From positions 25,546 to 89,545 of the IMG/VR virus record IMGVR_UViG_3300020441_000003: a stretch of DNA of 64,000 bases. One strand, given 5' to 3'. A model generated the notes under the pieces. The model ran no database searches and was not told the DNA's origin. It worked only from the letters and a program-made list of their open reading frames with translations. Source of the DNA: a virus (lineage: Duplodnaviria > Caudoviricetes). The position numbers and the translations under genes are program-made. This document shows, piece by piece, positions 46,810 to 55,651 of the stretch (position 1 is the first letter of the stretch; each line of letters begins with the position of its first letter).

Positions 46810-48894
46810 TTACAGCCCCGATAGCCCTGGAATATTAGGTATAACAATTCCATTGTTTGAACTAGTGCTTGAACCTGTATCATTTTGTGGCACTACAGTT
46901 TGTTGAACATTAGAACTCGAATCAACATAAGTGTTTACAACCTGTGTTGCAGCTTCTTTACCTAAATCAGTCATTTCCATTAAGTCTTCTACTAACATTG
47001 CTCTAATATCTTCATCTGATTTTAGTGCCCAATTAAATTGGCCTGCCATTCTTTCTTTATCGATATAATCTTTGTAATAGAAACTCCTGTCTTTTCTGTC
47101 AGGAGCTTGGTCAAAGTATATGCCATATTCACTTGCATCACCACCCTTTCTTTGATATGATTCTAAATCATTGAGAAGTTCTCTGTCCTTTTCTGTCATT
47201 TCTCCATCTTTTGAAAGTATATCTTCTAATCTAAGTTCTAAGAGTTCATCTTCACCTATCATAATTTCTTGATCTAGTTTTGCTTCATTGATTAAGTCTG
47301 AAGCTCCAGCATCCAACTTTCTCTCAGATTCTTCTATACTCTCGTCAGAAAATGCATTAAAATATCTAACCACTTGGCCAAATCCAAGCGCATCAAAAAA
47401 CGGTAATTTTTCAGCTTCTACTAATCTATTATTCTCATCAAGTTCAAAACCATAGCCCTCAATAGCTGCTTGCATACCTCTGTCTTCTACATATCCACCA
47501 TCATCTCCTTCTTTAAGTTTTATAGCGCCTGGCATTATACTATTATCAACATATCCTTCTGTAGATATTATGGTACCCTCTGGTCCAAAAGCAATACCTG
47601 GTGCCTCTGCGACTATTTCCATAGCAAGAACTCGTGCCTCTTCTCGGGTAGCGAATGCGTTTGGATCATTTTTGGCTATTAATTGATCTGTTAAGTCATC
47701 TACGGTTAGGGGAGTGCCATCTGCTTTATCGATTGTTCTAACACCATATACATTGTCATCAAAAAGAATACCTAAACCTACTTGCCTAGTTTCAGTAAAC
47801 TGACTAGAAGTTCTTAATGTAGAACCTAAACCCATGTCTGATGTAAGTTCTGACATGTTTAAATTTTTAATCGTTTTTTTAGTGTCTAAAGAATATGAAG
47901 CTGAATCCGTAGCAGCTACACTGCCTAAGTTTAATGTTATATTTTGACCTTGTTCATTTTTACCTAAAACTGTTTTATCAACTCTTTCTCTCATTGAACC
48001 TGAGTCTCTGGCCATAGCCTTTTGAGCATCCGATTTTTCTATGCCATATCCTTTTGTTGTAGCTAAATTAGCAATATAAGCTGCTTGACCAGCTTTTGAA
48101 GGAATTGTTGCTAATGCCTGTTTATCTGCTTCAGTTAAATTAGGTACGACTTTTTTTTCAATTATAAGAGCGGCTTTCTCTTCTCTTAACATTTCTAATT
48201 TCTGTTCTTTACCAAATATCTTTGCTATACCCAATTGTAAATCTATAAGGCCCACTCTGAAATTTGTAGCTAAGTCATCGAGTAGTTTGAATAGACCCTT
48301 ACCCACTAACCAGTTGTATAACATTAACAATCCGGCTGATATGGCTAATACTGCGCCTATCAATAATACAGGTTTTAACATAGTTGCAAATCGCATGAAA
48401 CCACCACGACCTTTTTTGGCTTCTTTACGATCTTTGTCTCTTTCTTTTTTCTTTCCTTTCTCTAAAGCGTTTTTAATTTTGCCTTCTTTTTTATCTTTTT
48501 TATCTTCTTCTTTATCTTTCTTTTTGAAAGCATTGGCGATTGCTCTAGGTATAGACATTAAGATATTGAAGAACCCCTTAAAGATTGTAAATAAGTTTCC
48601 TATTTTTGATGCAAACCCCTTAACAAAATCTACAAGAACTGTTAATGGTCCTAGACCTGCACCTAAACCTGAAAGTCCTTCTTTGATTTGACCTACACCA
48701 CCTGAAAAACCACTATCAAAATCTTCTTTGGTTAAAGCTTTATCTTTACCATTACCATTACCATTTTTAGAACCGCCAGTAGCAGCTGCTACAGCAGTTT
48801 GTAATTCTGGAAATTGAACCGCCTTGGTAACCGTGAATTGGTTAACAACCATGTTTCTTGCTTTTTGATTATTTGGTAAAGGTCTTTTAGCCAT
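46810..48894 (-). CDS. Tape-measure-like / hub protein (gp29 position)
   Basis: 694 aa, helical, TM-like segments and a lysine-rich stretch; lies downstream of gp26/gp51. Confidence 0.55.
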   Translation of the reverse strand: MAKRPLPNNQKARNMVVNQFTVTKAVQFPELQTAVAAATGGSKNGNGNGKDKALTKEDFDSGFSGGVGQIKEGLSGLGAGLGPLTVLVDFVKGFASKIGNLFTIFKGFFNILMSIPRAIANAFKKKDKEEDKKDKKEGKIKNALEKGKKKERDKDRKEAKKGRGGFMRFATMLKPVLLIGAVLAISAGLLMLYNWLVGKGLFKLLDDLATNFRVGLIDLQLGIAKIFGKEQKLEMLREEKAALIIEKKVVPNLTEADKQALATIPSKAGQAAYIANLATTKGYGIEKSDAQKAMARDSGSMRERVDKTVLGKNEQGQNITLNLGSVAATDSASYSLDTKKTIKNLNMSELTSDMGLGSTLRTSSQFTETRQVGLGILFDDNVYGVRTIDKADGTPLTVDDLTDQLIAKNDPNAFATREEARVLAMEIVAEAPGIAFGPEGTIISTEGYVDNSIMPGAIKLKEGDDGGYVEDRGMQAAIEGYGFELDENNRLVEAEKLPFFDALGFGQVVRYFNAFSDESIEESERKLDAGASDLINEAKLDQEIMIGEDELLELRLEDILSKDGEMTEKDRELLNDLESYQRKGGDASEYGIYFDQAPDRKDRSFYYKDYIDKERMAGQFNWALKSDEDIRAMLVEDLMEMTDLGKEAATQVVNTYVDSSSNVQQTVVPQNDTGSSTSSNNGIVIPNIPGLSGL

Positions 48895-48897
48895 TTA

Positions 48898-49278
48898 CTA
48901 TTTTCCTCCGAATGCCTTGCCTGCTTCTGATATTCCAAAGGCACCTAGTGTCACTACTACAAATGATGTGTAGATAGTTTCAGAAACCTTTAAATCCATA
49001 TCCCATACTATAGCGGTAACTAAATCAGTCACACCAAATATAGTCATTAATAAGAATGATATAAAACCTATAATAGACTTTTCATTGATATCATTGTCAT
49101 CTAGAAATAGATCTATCATCTTTCTTTTAGGTGGTGAAAGTTGAGACTTTGCTTTACGAGCCTCTTCTTGCATCTCCTTGATCTTGTCTTCTTGCTCATC
49201 GAGCTGGTCGATAAGTGCCATATACTTATCTAAATCTATCTCGACTTCATTTCTGTCATTATCTCTATCTTTAGCCAT
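48898..49278 (-). CDS. Membrane protein with two TM helices (holin-like candidate)
   Basis: N-terminal coiled coil, then IIGFISFLLMTIFGV and IYTSFVVVTLGAFGI. Confidence 0.55.
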   Translation of the reverse strand: MAKDRDNDRNEVEIDLDKYMALIDQLDEQEDKIKEMQEEARKAKSQLSPPKRKMIDLFLDDNDINEKSIIGFISFLLMTIFGVTDLVTAIVWDMDLKVSETIYTSFVVVTLGAFGISEAGKAFGGK

Positions 49279-49487
49279 TATCTTTTCCTTCTTTGTTTTC
49301 TTGCTTGAGCAATTTTTTTATTCTTCTCGTTTTCTTCTTCGACCCATTGTTTTAATAGTCTTATGTATACTTCCCTTTCCCATGGTATCATATTTTCTAA
49401 CTCTGTAAGACTATATTTGTGATTTTGTAATAATGTAAAATTAGTCTTATAATAGCTTTCTATATTTTCATGCGAAAGGCCTACTAA
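49278..49487 (-). CDS. gp51: Baseplate hub assembly catalyst with no in-frame start codon (reachable by -1 frameshift from gp26)
   Basis: Manual translation: LVGLSHENIESYYKTNFTLLQNHKYSLTELENMIPWEREVYIRLLKQWVEEENEKNKKIAQARKQRRKR*; KYSL.E.ENM.PWER is the gp51 signature; TAATG overlap with the next gene. Confidence 0.85.
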   Translation of the reverse strand, partial: LVGLSHENIESYYKTNFTLLQNHKYSLTELENMIPWEREVYIRLLKQWVEEENEKNKKIAQARKQRRKR

Positions 49488-50200
49488 AAAAAATTTGCAA
49501 ATCCTTGTAATGTATCTTTAGATTTTGCTCCACATTTTTCGCAAACTCCGTCCATTTCTAAACTAACAGTCGGCACTTCTTCAAAAAATCTACTGATTAA
49601 TGTAAATTGTTCTATAGTTAAACTTTCTATAAAATCAATTATTTCTGAATCTCTATATTCTTTTAGATCATAAATGTTTTCTTTATCATAAATTTTTTCT
49701 AAACTAATCAAACATAATTTTCTTATCATATCAGATTCATTATCGATATCAGCAACTGTCATCATTTGTTTAGAAGTAGGAACTTTTAATTGAACTGTTA
49801 ATTCATCATTCAGTTCTATTTTTCCTTTATCGTCAACTCTAATTTTAGGTTCATTAATCTTTAAATTAGTCATATCAACCTTAAAGTTTACAGTGCCATC
49901 ACAATCTTTTTCTCTACAAGGTGCCTTAACATCTTGTGTTTCGCCTACAGACCGTGCCCTTACATTCATAAACATATACTCTACATCTGTCATTGGCAGT
50001 TGATCTATTTCAAGATCACTTATACAGACACTTTGCAACATGTTAATTAATGCATAATACATTTCAGTTGGCGTAGCATCTTCTTTGACCATTATCATGT
50101 TTCTTTGTTCTTTAACAAGAAATGGCCTAAATTTTACAGTCTGTTTAGAGACTGGTAATTCGACACGATACTCTGGTGCCGATTGTATAGGTAATTGCAT
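49484..50200 (-). CDS. gp26: Baseplate hub assembly chaperone
   Basis: LPVSKQTVKFRPFLVKE...D.EYMFMNVRARSVGE...; ends GFANFF*. Confidence 0.92.
   Translation of the reverse strand: MQLPIQSAPEYRVELPVSKQTVKFRPFLVKEQRNMIMVKEDATPTEMYYALINMLQSVCISDLEIDQLPMTDVEYMFMNVRARSVGETQDVKAPCREKDCDGTVNFKVDMTNLKINEPKIRVDDKGKIELNDELTVQLKVPTSKQMMTVADIDNESDMIRKLCLISLEKIYDKENIYDLKEYRDSEIIDFIESLTIEQFTLISRFFEEVPTVSLEMDGVCEKCGAKSKDTLQGFANFF
49487..49493 (-). other. Candidate -1 slippery heptamer T-TTT-TTT (AAT TTT TTT TAG)
   Basis: Run of 8 T on the minus strand at the gp26 stop; the -1 frame opens directly into gp51. Confidence 0.7.
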
Positions 50201-50230
50201 AATTTATTCTCCTAATTATTTAAAAAGGTA

Positions 50231-50971
50231 TTAACCTAATATACCATCTAATTTCGCTAATCTATCACTAAACCTTTGAAGACTATCATTAGATTTATTA
50301 CCACCTTTTCTTAAATTCTTGATGTCTAATATAGCATCTAATATTCTTCTTCCTCTATTTATTCCACTTACAGGATTAGGTTTTCTGTAATCTGCATCCC
50401 ATGTTCTATAAGCAAATGTGCATTCAAATTTCATTATCTCATCAGTTGTTGATGCCGATAAGGGCATTGGATTCATTGATACAGGATATGCCTCATGCAG
50501 TGTATGAACCAATGATTTTTTTCCTGAACGAGTAAATTGTTCTATTTCAACTGTTCCAGTGTAAGAGTTATAATATGACCACATTGGGTGTGCAGAACTT
50601 CCTGCTATATTTCCAAATGGTTGAACCAACTCTTCATTATTTTCTACTTCTGGTGGTTCTGGTATTTCGCCTGCATATATCAATGATTGCCATGCATCTA
50701 TAACAAAACGGTCTGCAAAAGTAGAATCACAAAGAAAAGTAAATGCAATTTCTTGACCATCATTTGATACATTAAATGGATATTTTATATTAGGTCCATA
50801 TGTTGAAAAATCTGATACTTCTAATTGACGACCTGGTATTTGTGCTTCAAGGCATCTTATACCAAAATCTTTTAGGCCTAATTGTGGACATAATATTCTG
50901 ACTTCGAATCTATTTGATCTTGCACCTTGGTCCATGTTGGCTAAAAGTTTATCTATTCTCTGTGTTGTCAT
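50231..50971 (-). CDS. gp54: Baseplate tail-tube initiator (tube-protein fold)
   Basis: GARSNRFEV...EAQIPGRQL...FTFLCD...WQ..I...EAYP.S.NP..LS...F.CTFAYR.W. Confidence 0.8.
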   Translation of the reverse strand: MTTQRIDKLLANMDQGARSNRFEVRILCPQLGLKDFGIRCLEAQIPGRQLEVSDFSTYGPNIKYPFNVSNDGQEIAFTFLCDSTFADRFVIDAWQSLIYAGEIPEPPEVENNEELVQPFGNIAGSSAHPMWSYYNSYTGTVEIEQFTRSGKKSLVHTLHEAYPVSMNPMPLSASTTDEIMKFECTFAYRTWDADYRKPNPVSGINRGRRILDAILDIKNLRKGGNKSNDSLQRFSDRLAKLDGILG

Positions 50972-50979
50972 ATTTTTAC

Positions 50980-51594
50980 CTAACTAAAAGCAGCTTTTCT
51001 ACTTTCTGCATATACTCTGTTTATGTTTTCTTTTTTAAATCTTGCAAGTGGTAACATTGCCATTACATCCCATTTATCTGGTGTTATTTCTAGGGCAGGT
51101 CCAACAACATGGTCTAATCTATATCTCTTATAACAAGGTTTTGCCCACCTTAATTTAGCAGTCTTACTTAAAATTTCATATGTGATACGAATCTTATTTG
51201 TCATATCATTCGCCTCTTCATCATCTTTAATGATATATTGATATAACTCTTTAAGTAATAATACTCTATATCTAGGTGCCAAATAATGAAAATTTAAACC
51301 TGAAAATGAGTTAGAGTCCGAATCAATAATTAATGTGACAGGAAAAATATCATAATAAGGCAATATATCTCTGTATTTAGGTTGATAGAAATAAGTATAG
51401 AAACGACCAGTTAAAATTCTTCTGGTTTTATCTAAAGGCGCAGTTCTCATAAACTCTTTTGCACTAAGTCTTACTGATCTCATCTGCTCTTGATACCATC
51501 TAAGAGACTCTTCTGATCTTGCTTTATATTCAGAAGGAGTTTCGTGTATCAATCTACTTAATATATCGAGATTTTCTTGGGTATCATCTGCCAT
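50980..51594 (-). CDS. gp2: DNA end protector protein
   Basis: GRFYTYFYQPKYRDILPYYD.FP...GLNFHYL...KPCYKRY..DHV. Confidence 0.9.
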   Translation of the reverse strand: MADDTQENLDILSRLIHETPSEYKARSEESLRWYQEQMRSVRLSAKEFMRTAPLDKTRRILTGRFYTYFYQPKYRDILPYYDIFPVTLIIDSDSNSFSGLNFHYLAPRYRVLLLKELYQYIIKDDEEANDMTNKIRITYEILSKTAKLRWAKPCYKRYRLDHVVGPALEITPDKWDVMAMLPLARFKKENINRVYAESRKAAFS

Positions 51595-51599
51595 ACCCT

Positions 51600-51606
51600 T
51601 ATTTAT
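51600..51606 (-). promoter_or_regulatory. Late promoter (C)ATAAATA
   Basis: Immediately upstream of the gp2 ATG. Confidence 0.72.
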
Positions 51607-51607
51607 G

Positions 51608-51802
51608 CTATTTGTGTTTAGCTTTTCTAGGAATTATTTTTGTTTTATCTTTATGCACCTGAGTAGATGCTTGAGGTGGTGTAATCTTACGAGGAAAGAT
51701 ATTGTCCCATGCTTCTTGAAACTTATCGTCTGATACGATTTGTGGTCTTCTTTTACTTCCTTTACCCATATCGAGTGCCATCGTCCTCTTCGATAGGCGC
51801 AT
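51608..51802 (-). CDS. Small basic hypothetical protein
   Basis: MGKGSKRRP...FQEAWDNIF; real start probably at 51769 or 51781. Confidence 0.6.
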   Translation of the reverse strand: MRLSKRTMALDMGKGSKRRPQIVSDDKFQEAWDNIFPRKITPPQASTQVHKDKTKIIPRKAKHK

Positions 51803-51941
51803 CGTAATAGTTTTTGATATCTAAAGCAGTTGGTGGTTTAAAAACAAAGAAGATATAGATTGCACCAGCAATAAGAAGAAGAGCAGTGATAGTAGAAACA
51901 AGGCGTCTTCGAATGATACGCTTTTCTCTTTTACTACGCAT
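51762..51941 (-). CDS. 59-aa single-pass membrane protein (below the ORF-track cutoff)
   Basis: MRSKREKRIIRRR-LVSTITALLLIAGAIYIFFVF-KPP...; ATG overlaps the bS21 stop (TAATG). Confidence 0.65.
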   Translation of the reverse strand: MRSKREKRIIRRRLVSTITALLLIAGAIYIFFVFKPPTALDIKNYYDAPIEEDDGTRYG

Positions 51942-52174
51942 TACTTTCTCCTGTAAGTTTTGAATTCTGCTTTGCGAGCGTCTAGTTTTTTCTTTCTCTT
52001 GATTGCTTGATTGCGTTGATTTCTAGTGTCGTTAGGTTTCTCGTGATATTGTCTATCTCGACATTCTTTAACTATACCTTTTCTATCACAGGCCTTTTTA
52101 AATCTTCGCAACATACGATCGAAAGACTCTACTTGTCTCGTCTTAGGATGCATTTTAGGTTTCACCATTGTCAT
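51941..52174 (-). CDS. rpsU: Ribosomal protein bS21
   Basis: ESFDRMLRRFKKACDRKGIVKECRDRQYHEKP. Confidence 0.92.
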   Translation of the reverse strand: MTMVKPKMHPKTRQVESFDRMLRRFKKACDRKGIVKECRDRQYHEKPNDTRNQRNQAIKRKKKLDARKAEFKTYRRK

Positions 52175-52191
52175 AATTAATTTATTAAAGT

Positions 52192-52342
52192 GTGTAGTCG
52201 CCCCATACTTTTATAGCAACCTCGCTCTACACCAGATAACACCGCATCAGTTTTTGTTATCTTTTCCCCTACTATGATACCCCCATATCCACGGTCATAG
52301 TCAGTTGTAGCAAAACACGAATACATATTATAAACTACAACT
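52192..52342 (-). ncRNA. Candidate structured RNA with four tandem hairpins between gp32 and bS21
   Basis: Stem pairs: 52192-97/52227-32, 52234-40/52256-62, 52271-77/52295-301, 52303-10/52335-42. Confidence 0.5.
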
Positions 52343-52356
52343 CCCTAATAAGAAAC

Positions 52357-53256
52357 TTACTCAGTTGCAAGCTTCTTAAAGTAATCCATCGCTTCATCTC
52401 CCTCTGAATCACTTGGGGAAGATTCTGCTGATGCGATTACAGGTTCGTCTGCTACTGTATCAGTATTTACGCCAGACCAAGGCACTTCGTCAAGGTCTTC
52501 TGCAACTGACTCAGCAGTAGATGTGCTAACATCACCAGTTAAACCTAATACTCTATCGAGTTTAGTTTTCAGTTCATCATAAGATTTGAACTGGTCTGGT
52601 GCAATAATTGAAGATAAAGGACTCAGCGTAGTATATATATCATTCAGCTGATTTTCATCTTCAAAAAGTGGTGCAGGACTATCAAACTCAGACTTGTCAT
52701 AGTTCCAATAACCATCGACTTTTCTGATTTTAATTTTAAAGTTTGCACCCTCGCCTCTAAGATCAAAAGGATTTATAGCAGCTTCATCTTCAAATGCTGG
52801 AGAGATTGCCTCTTTCAACATTTCAAAAATCTTCTTACCATAACGGTACATGAATACCTTTCCTTCATTCTCGGGATGTTTAGGGTCCGAAACAACATAG
52901 ATGTTAGACACATAGTGAAGTCTACGCTTCTGCTTTCTTGCCTGTTCTCTGTTTGCTTCGATGTTAGTGTTCCACAACTGAGTGTTGTATTCACTAACAG
53001 GATCATTTTTACTGAGAGTCGTTAAAGACTTCTCAATATACCAACCGCCAGGTCCTTGGAAACCATGGTCGAAGTAAGACACCCATGGCATCTCTTCGTT
53101 TTCTGGTGTTGGTAAGAATCTAACTATTGCATAACCGTTACCTGATTTATCAAGTTCTGGTTTCCAATACTTATCATCATCGTAGGATTTTTTCTCACCT
53201 TGTGTAGGTGAAGCAGTTTCCATGGCCTGCCTTAATTTATCTAAAGATGTAGACAT
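52357..53256 (-). CDS. gp32: Single-stranded DNA-binding protein
   Basis: DKSGNGYAIVRFLP...HGFQGPGGWYIEKSLTTL...DPVSE..KR.LHY..NIYVV.DP.HPENEGKVF; acidic tail. Confidence 0.97.
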   Translation of the reverse strand: MSTSLDKLRQAMETASPTQGEKKSYDDDKYWKPELDKSGNGYAIVRFLPTPENEEMPWVSYFDHGFQGPGGWYIEKSLTTLSKNDPVSEYNTQLWNTNIEANREQARKQKRRLHYVSNIYVVSDPKHPENEGKVFMYRYGKKIFEMLKEAISPAFEDEAAINPFDLRGEGANFKIKIRKVDGYWNYDKSEFDSPAPLFEDENQLNDIYTTLSPLSSIIAPDQFKSYDELKTKLDRVLGLTGDVSTSTAESVAEDLDEVPWSGVNTDTVADEPVIASAESSPSDSEGDEAMDYFKKLATE

Positions 53257-53271
53257 TGTATTATACTCCTT

Positions 53272-53310
53272 ATAGCATTATATCGCATTGTATTTGCATT
53301 TTATCGCATC
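53272..53310 (-). repeat. Four imperfect ATGC(G/A/T)A direct repeats with 10-11 nt period before the gp32 RBS
   Basis: GCAT on the plus strand at 53275, 53285, 53296 and 53306. Confidence 0.7.
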
Positions 53311-53313
53311 TTA

Positions 53314-54060
53314 TTAAAGTTCGGATTCGAAACACGCTGTGCCTAGAACCCACCTATCTTCGATATTTAACCGAGATACTATATCAGTATAATCGATTTT
53401 ATCGAATCCGTCAATAGAGTTTTTAAAATATAACTCTACATCTGGATAGTCCTTATTTATGTGTTCCAGCAATGCAACAAATTGTGCCTGCTGAGGTTTT
53501 CCCACACCTGAATTTTGTTCTGTATATGTCTCGTTGTATGTATAACAGTCTTCTGGTCCGTATATATTCTGTAGATCACCGTATTGTAATGAATCATAAC
53601 CTGCTAAACATATCTTCTTATGACCGTGATGCACTGCATAACCTAATGCATAGATGCCACAAAAAGTGTTCTTGAGCAATTCATTTGTATATATAACTAT
53701 GTTGTTTGCCTCCGCAGAGGAATATCCAATCATATATGTTCTCTGTCCTTCGCCTCGATAATCTTCTCCTTGCACCACAAACCTGTCGTCTGTCGGCAAT
53801 CGATTCTCAATTACTTCACCTGGTAATCCGAACTTCATAATATCAAACATATCCATAGGCAGTTCGTTCCATTCTCCCACACATACTGGATGTTTCTTGT
53901 AGTATTGATCTGTAATCATTTCATTTTGTGGGGCGACATCTTGCACAAACAGTAAGTCTGGTGTATGGTCTCTATAAACCATATTCATTCCCCACCAGTT
54001 GTCTAGTGTTTCTAAATCTAAGTCTTTACGACTTGGTCCGTTTCCTACTAAGTAGAGCAT
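53314..54060 (-). CDS. DUF115/Maf/Cst-like (CMP-sugar transferase-like) protein
   Basis: YLVGNGPSR...WGMN..YRD..PD.L..D; G.YALG.A...G.K.I.L.GYD. Confidence 0.6.
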   Translation of the reverse strand: MLYLVGNGPSRKDLDLETLDNWWGMNMVYRDHTPDLLFVQDVAPQNEMITDQYYKKHPVCVGEWNELPMDMFDIMKFGLPGEVIENRLPTDDRFVVQGEDYRGEGQRTYMIGYSSAEANNIVIYTNELLKNTFCGIYALGYAVHHGHKKICLAGYDSLQYGDLQNIYGPEDCYTYNETYTEQNSGVGKPQQAQFVALLEHINKDYPDVELYFKNSIDGFDKIDYTDIVSRLNIEDRWVLGTACFESEL

Positions 54061-54641
54061 AGTTCAATTAATTTTTGTTTGTATTGTTTAAAGTCATATG
54101 ATAAGAATGTTCTGTATTTTTTAATCTTATGATATGTATCAGGATATACGATGTTCTCTTTGATGAGTTTATTCCATGTTATACTGTAATCTGTTATATC
54201 ATTTAGAATACACATTGTTTCAATAGATATTTTTTTACCTAGAAATTGTTTAAGTAAATATGGATGTTGACCATTCGAACATGTAAGAACTTCTTGTATT
54301 GTTTTCTTTTCTAATAACTCTTTGACTTCTTGTTCGAACATGTGTGATAGTTTTTGTTTTCTTTTCTTGTATTCTGTAAATCTATTTTGTGCCTCTTTTT
54401 CTAAAAGTTCACCAGCCCAATAATCACCTTGTGATAAGTTTGCAACATAGAAATCTTTAAGTTCATGTTTATATGTTCTTGATAATTTTGCAAAGTGAAA
54501 CTTATCATTTCGTTTCATAAAAGATGATAAGTCTGCCTTTACACGAGCGTTGTATTTTATAAAATCATAGTCTTCATTTTTAAAATGCAACTTAACTGCG
54601 AGATACAGTTGATAACTATCAAAACCCTCTCGACTTGACAT
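54048..54641 (-). CDS. gp59: Helicase loader
   Basis: FDSYQLYLAVKLHF...YDF.KYN.....F.KRNDKFHF.KL...ISIET..IL. Confidence 0.85.
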   Translation of the reverse strand: MSSREGFDSYQLYLAVKLHFKNEDYDFIKYNARVKADLSSFMKRNDKFHFAKLSRTYKHELKDFYVANLSQGDYWAGELLEKEAQNRFTEYKKRKQKLSHMFEQEVKELLEKKTIQEVLTCSNGQHPYLLKQFLGKKISIETMCILNDITDYSITWNKLIKENIVYPDTYHKIKKYRTFLSYDFKQYKQKLIELCST

Positions 54642-54940
54642 TACTTATTAACTATAATCTTTTTCTTTTTAGGTGCTACGATGCCACTTACTGCCGTATT
54701 ATATGCTGTCACTATGTCATCGTTAGTTTCTGTCATGAATACATAATTCTGTATTGAAACACTTGTAGGGTTTACACAACCTGTGACACAAATGCCTTTT
54801 GCAAATCCCATTTTACCCTCTGGTGTATTTACTATAATTCTAGGGTCTGCTAACTCAACACAATCGTGTCTGTTAGAAACCAATTTACCGATATACTCAC
54901 CACTTACGGTGATCACGGATACTATATCGCCCTCTTTCAT
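54641..54940 (-). CDS. Small beta-barrel (Sm-like) hypothetical protein
   Basis: GDIVSV.TVSGEYIGKL...L..PR pattern. Confidence 0.5.
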   Translation of the reverse strand: MKEGDIVSVITVSGEYIGKLVSNRHDCVELADPRIIVNTPEGKMGFAKGICVTGCVNPTSVSIQNYVFMTETNDDIVTAYNTAVSGIVAPKKKKIIVNK

Positions 54941-54942
54941 AT

Positions 54943-55197
54943 TTACTCCTTACTCATAAAAGTTGTCAAAGAACCTCGACTGGCCTTTTGACGATTAATT
55001 AACTTTAAACTTTCTGCTTCTGCTTCTAGTTTTTCTCTCAGAGGTATAGATAGTAATCTCTTAGCACCCTCTGGTTCTACATTGTTGACCTCACACACTT
55101 TGAGTATTGCACTCATTACATCTGTTCTGCCACCAACTATAAGTCTTTCGACTTGTTCTGTAAATTCTTTTCTTGTTATCATTTTATAATACCTCAA
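54943..55197 (-). CDS. gp33: Late-transcription coactivator
   Basis: F...VE......AIL..C..N..E.E....L.S..L.EKLEAEA..LK.I. Confidence 0.85.
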   Translation of the reverse strand: MRYYKMITRKEFTEQVERLIVGGRTDVMSAILKVCEVNNVEPEGAKRLLSIPLREKLEAEAESLKLINRQKASRGSLTTFMSKE

Positions 55198-55651
55198 ATA
55201 TTAAATGCACCCTAGATTCCTGGCCTGCATTAACAAATGTATGCAAGGATTCGGTGTCTGCTTTGTATATACAACCATCAACTTTCATATGATATGACTC
55301 TGAATCATATACAAAATGACAGCCAGGATTCGATATTAAAGGTATATGATAAGAGATTTTACCACTATCCTTATGCCAATTATATGCAGTGTTAGGTTCA
55401 ACACTTCGATAGGTTATACTATTAAAATTAAATAATTCTCTTATCTGATTTGAAACTTCAAAGGTATAAGGAAAATCTCTTTGGCTAATTGAATGTAAAG
55501 GGTTAAGGTTTCCTCTAAACAGTATATGGAATCTTTTCTGAACCAATACTGCATTACCTTGATTAGAAACTTCATCCATCTTGTCACTTATGTTTAGATA
55601 CTCTTCTAAAAGTTTCTTAGTATCAACTTTACCGAAAGATTCTACTTTCAT
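55184..55651 (-). CDS. Aspartyl/asparaginyl beta-hydroxylase-like 2OG oxygenase
   Basis: WHKD...YHIPLISNPGC...LHTFVNAG.ESRVHLIF. Confidence 0.8.
   Translation of the reverse strand: MKVESFGKVDTKKLLEEYLNISDKMDEVSNQGNAVLVQKRFHILFRGNLNPLHSISQRDFPYTFEVSNQIRELFNFNSITYRSVEPNTAYNWHKDSGKISYHIPLISNPGCHFVYDSESYHMKVDGCIYKADTESLHTFVNAGQESRVHLIFEVL

Noticed and set aside
49484-49500. Stop-codon reassignment (TAG readthrough) to explain gp51
   Set aside because: gp51 is in the -1 frame, not the gp26 frame, and TAG ends other genes normally.
52192-52342. tRNA gene
   Set aside because: No closing acceptor stem, T-psi-C motif or CCA; hairpin sizes do not fit a cloverleaf. No tRNA or rRNA was recognised anywhere in the window.
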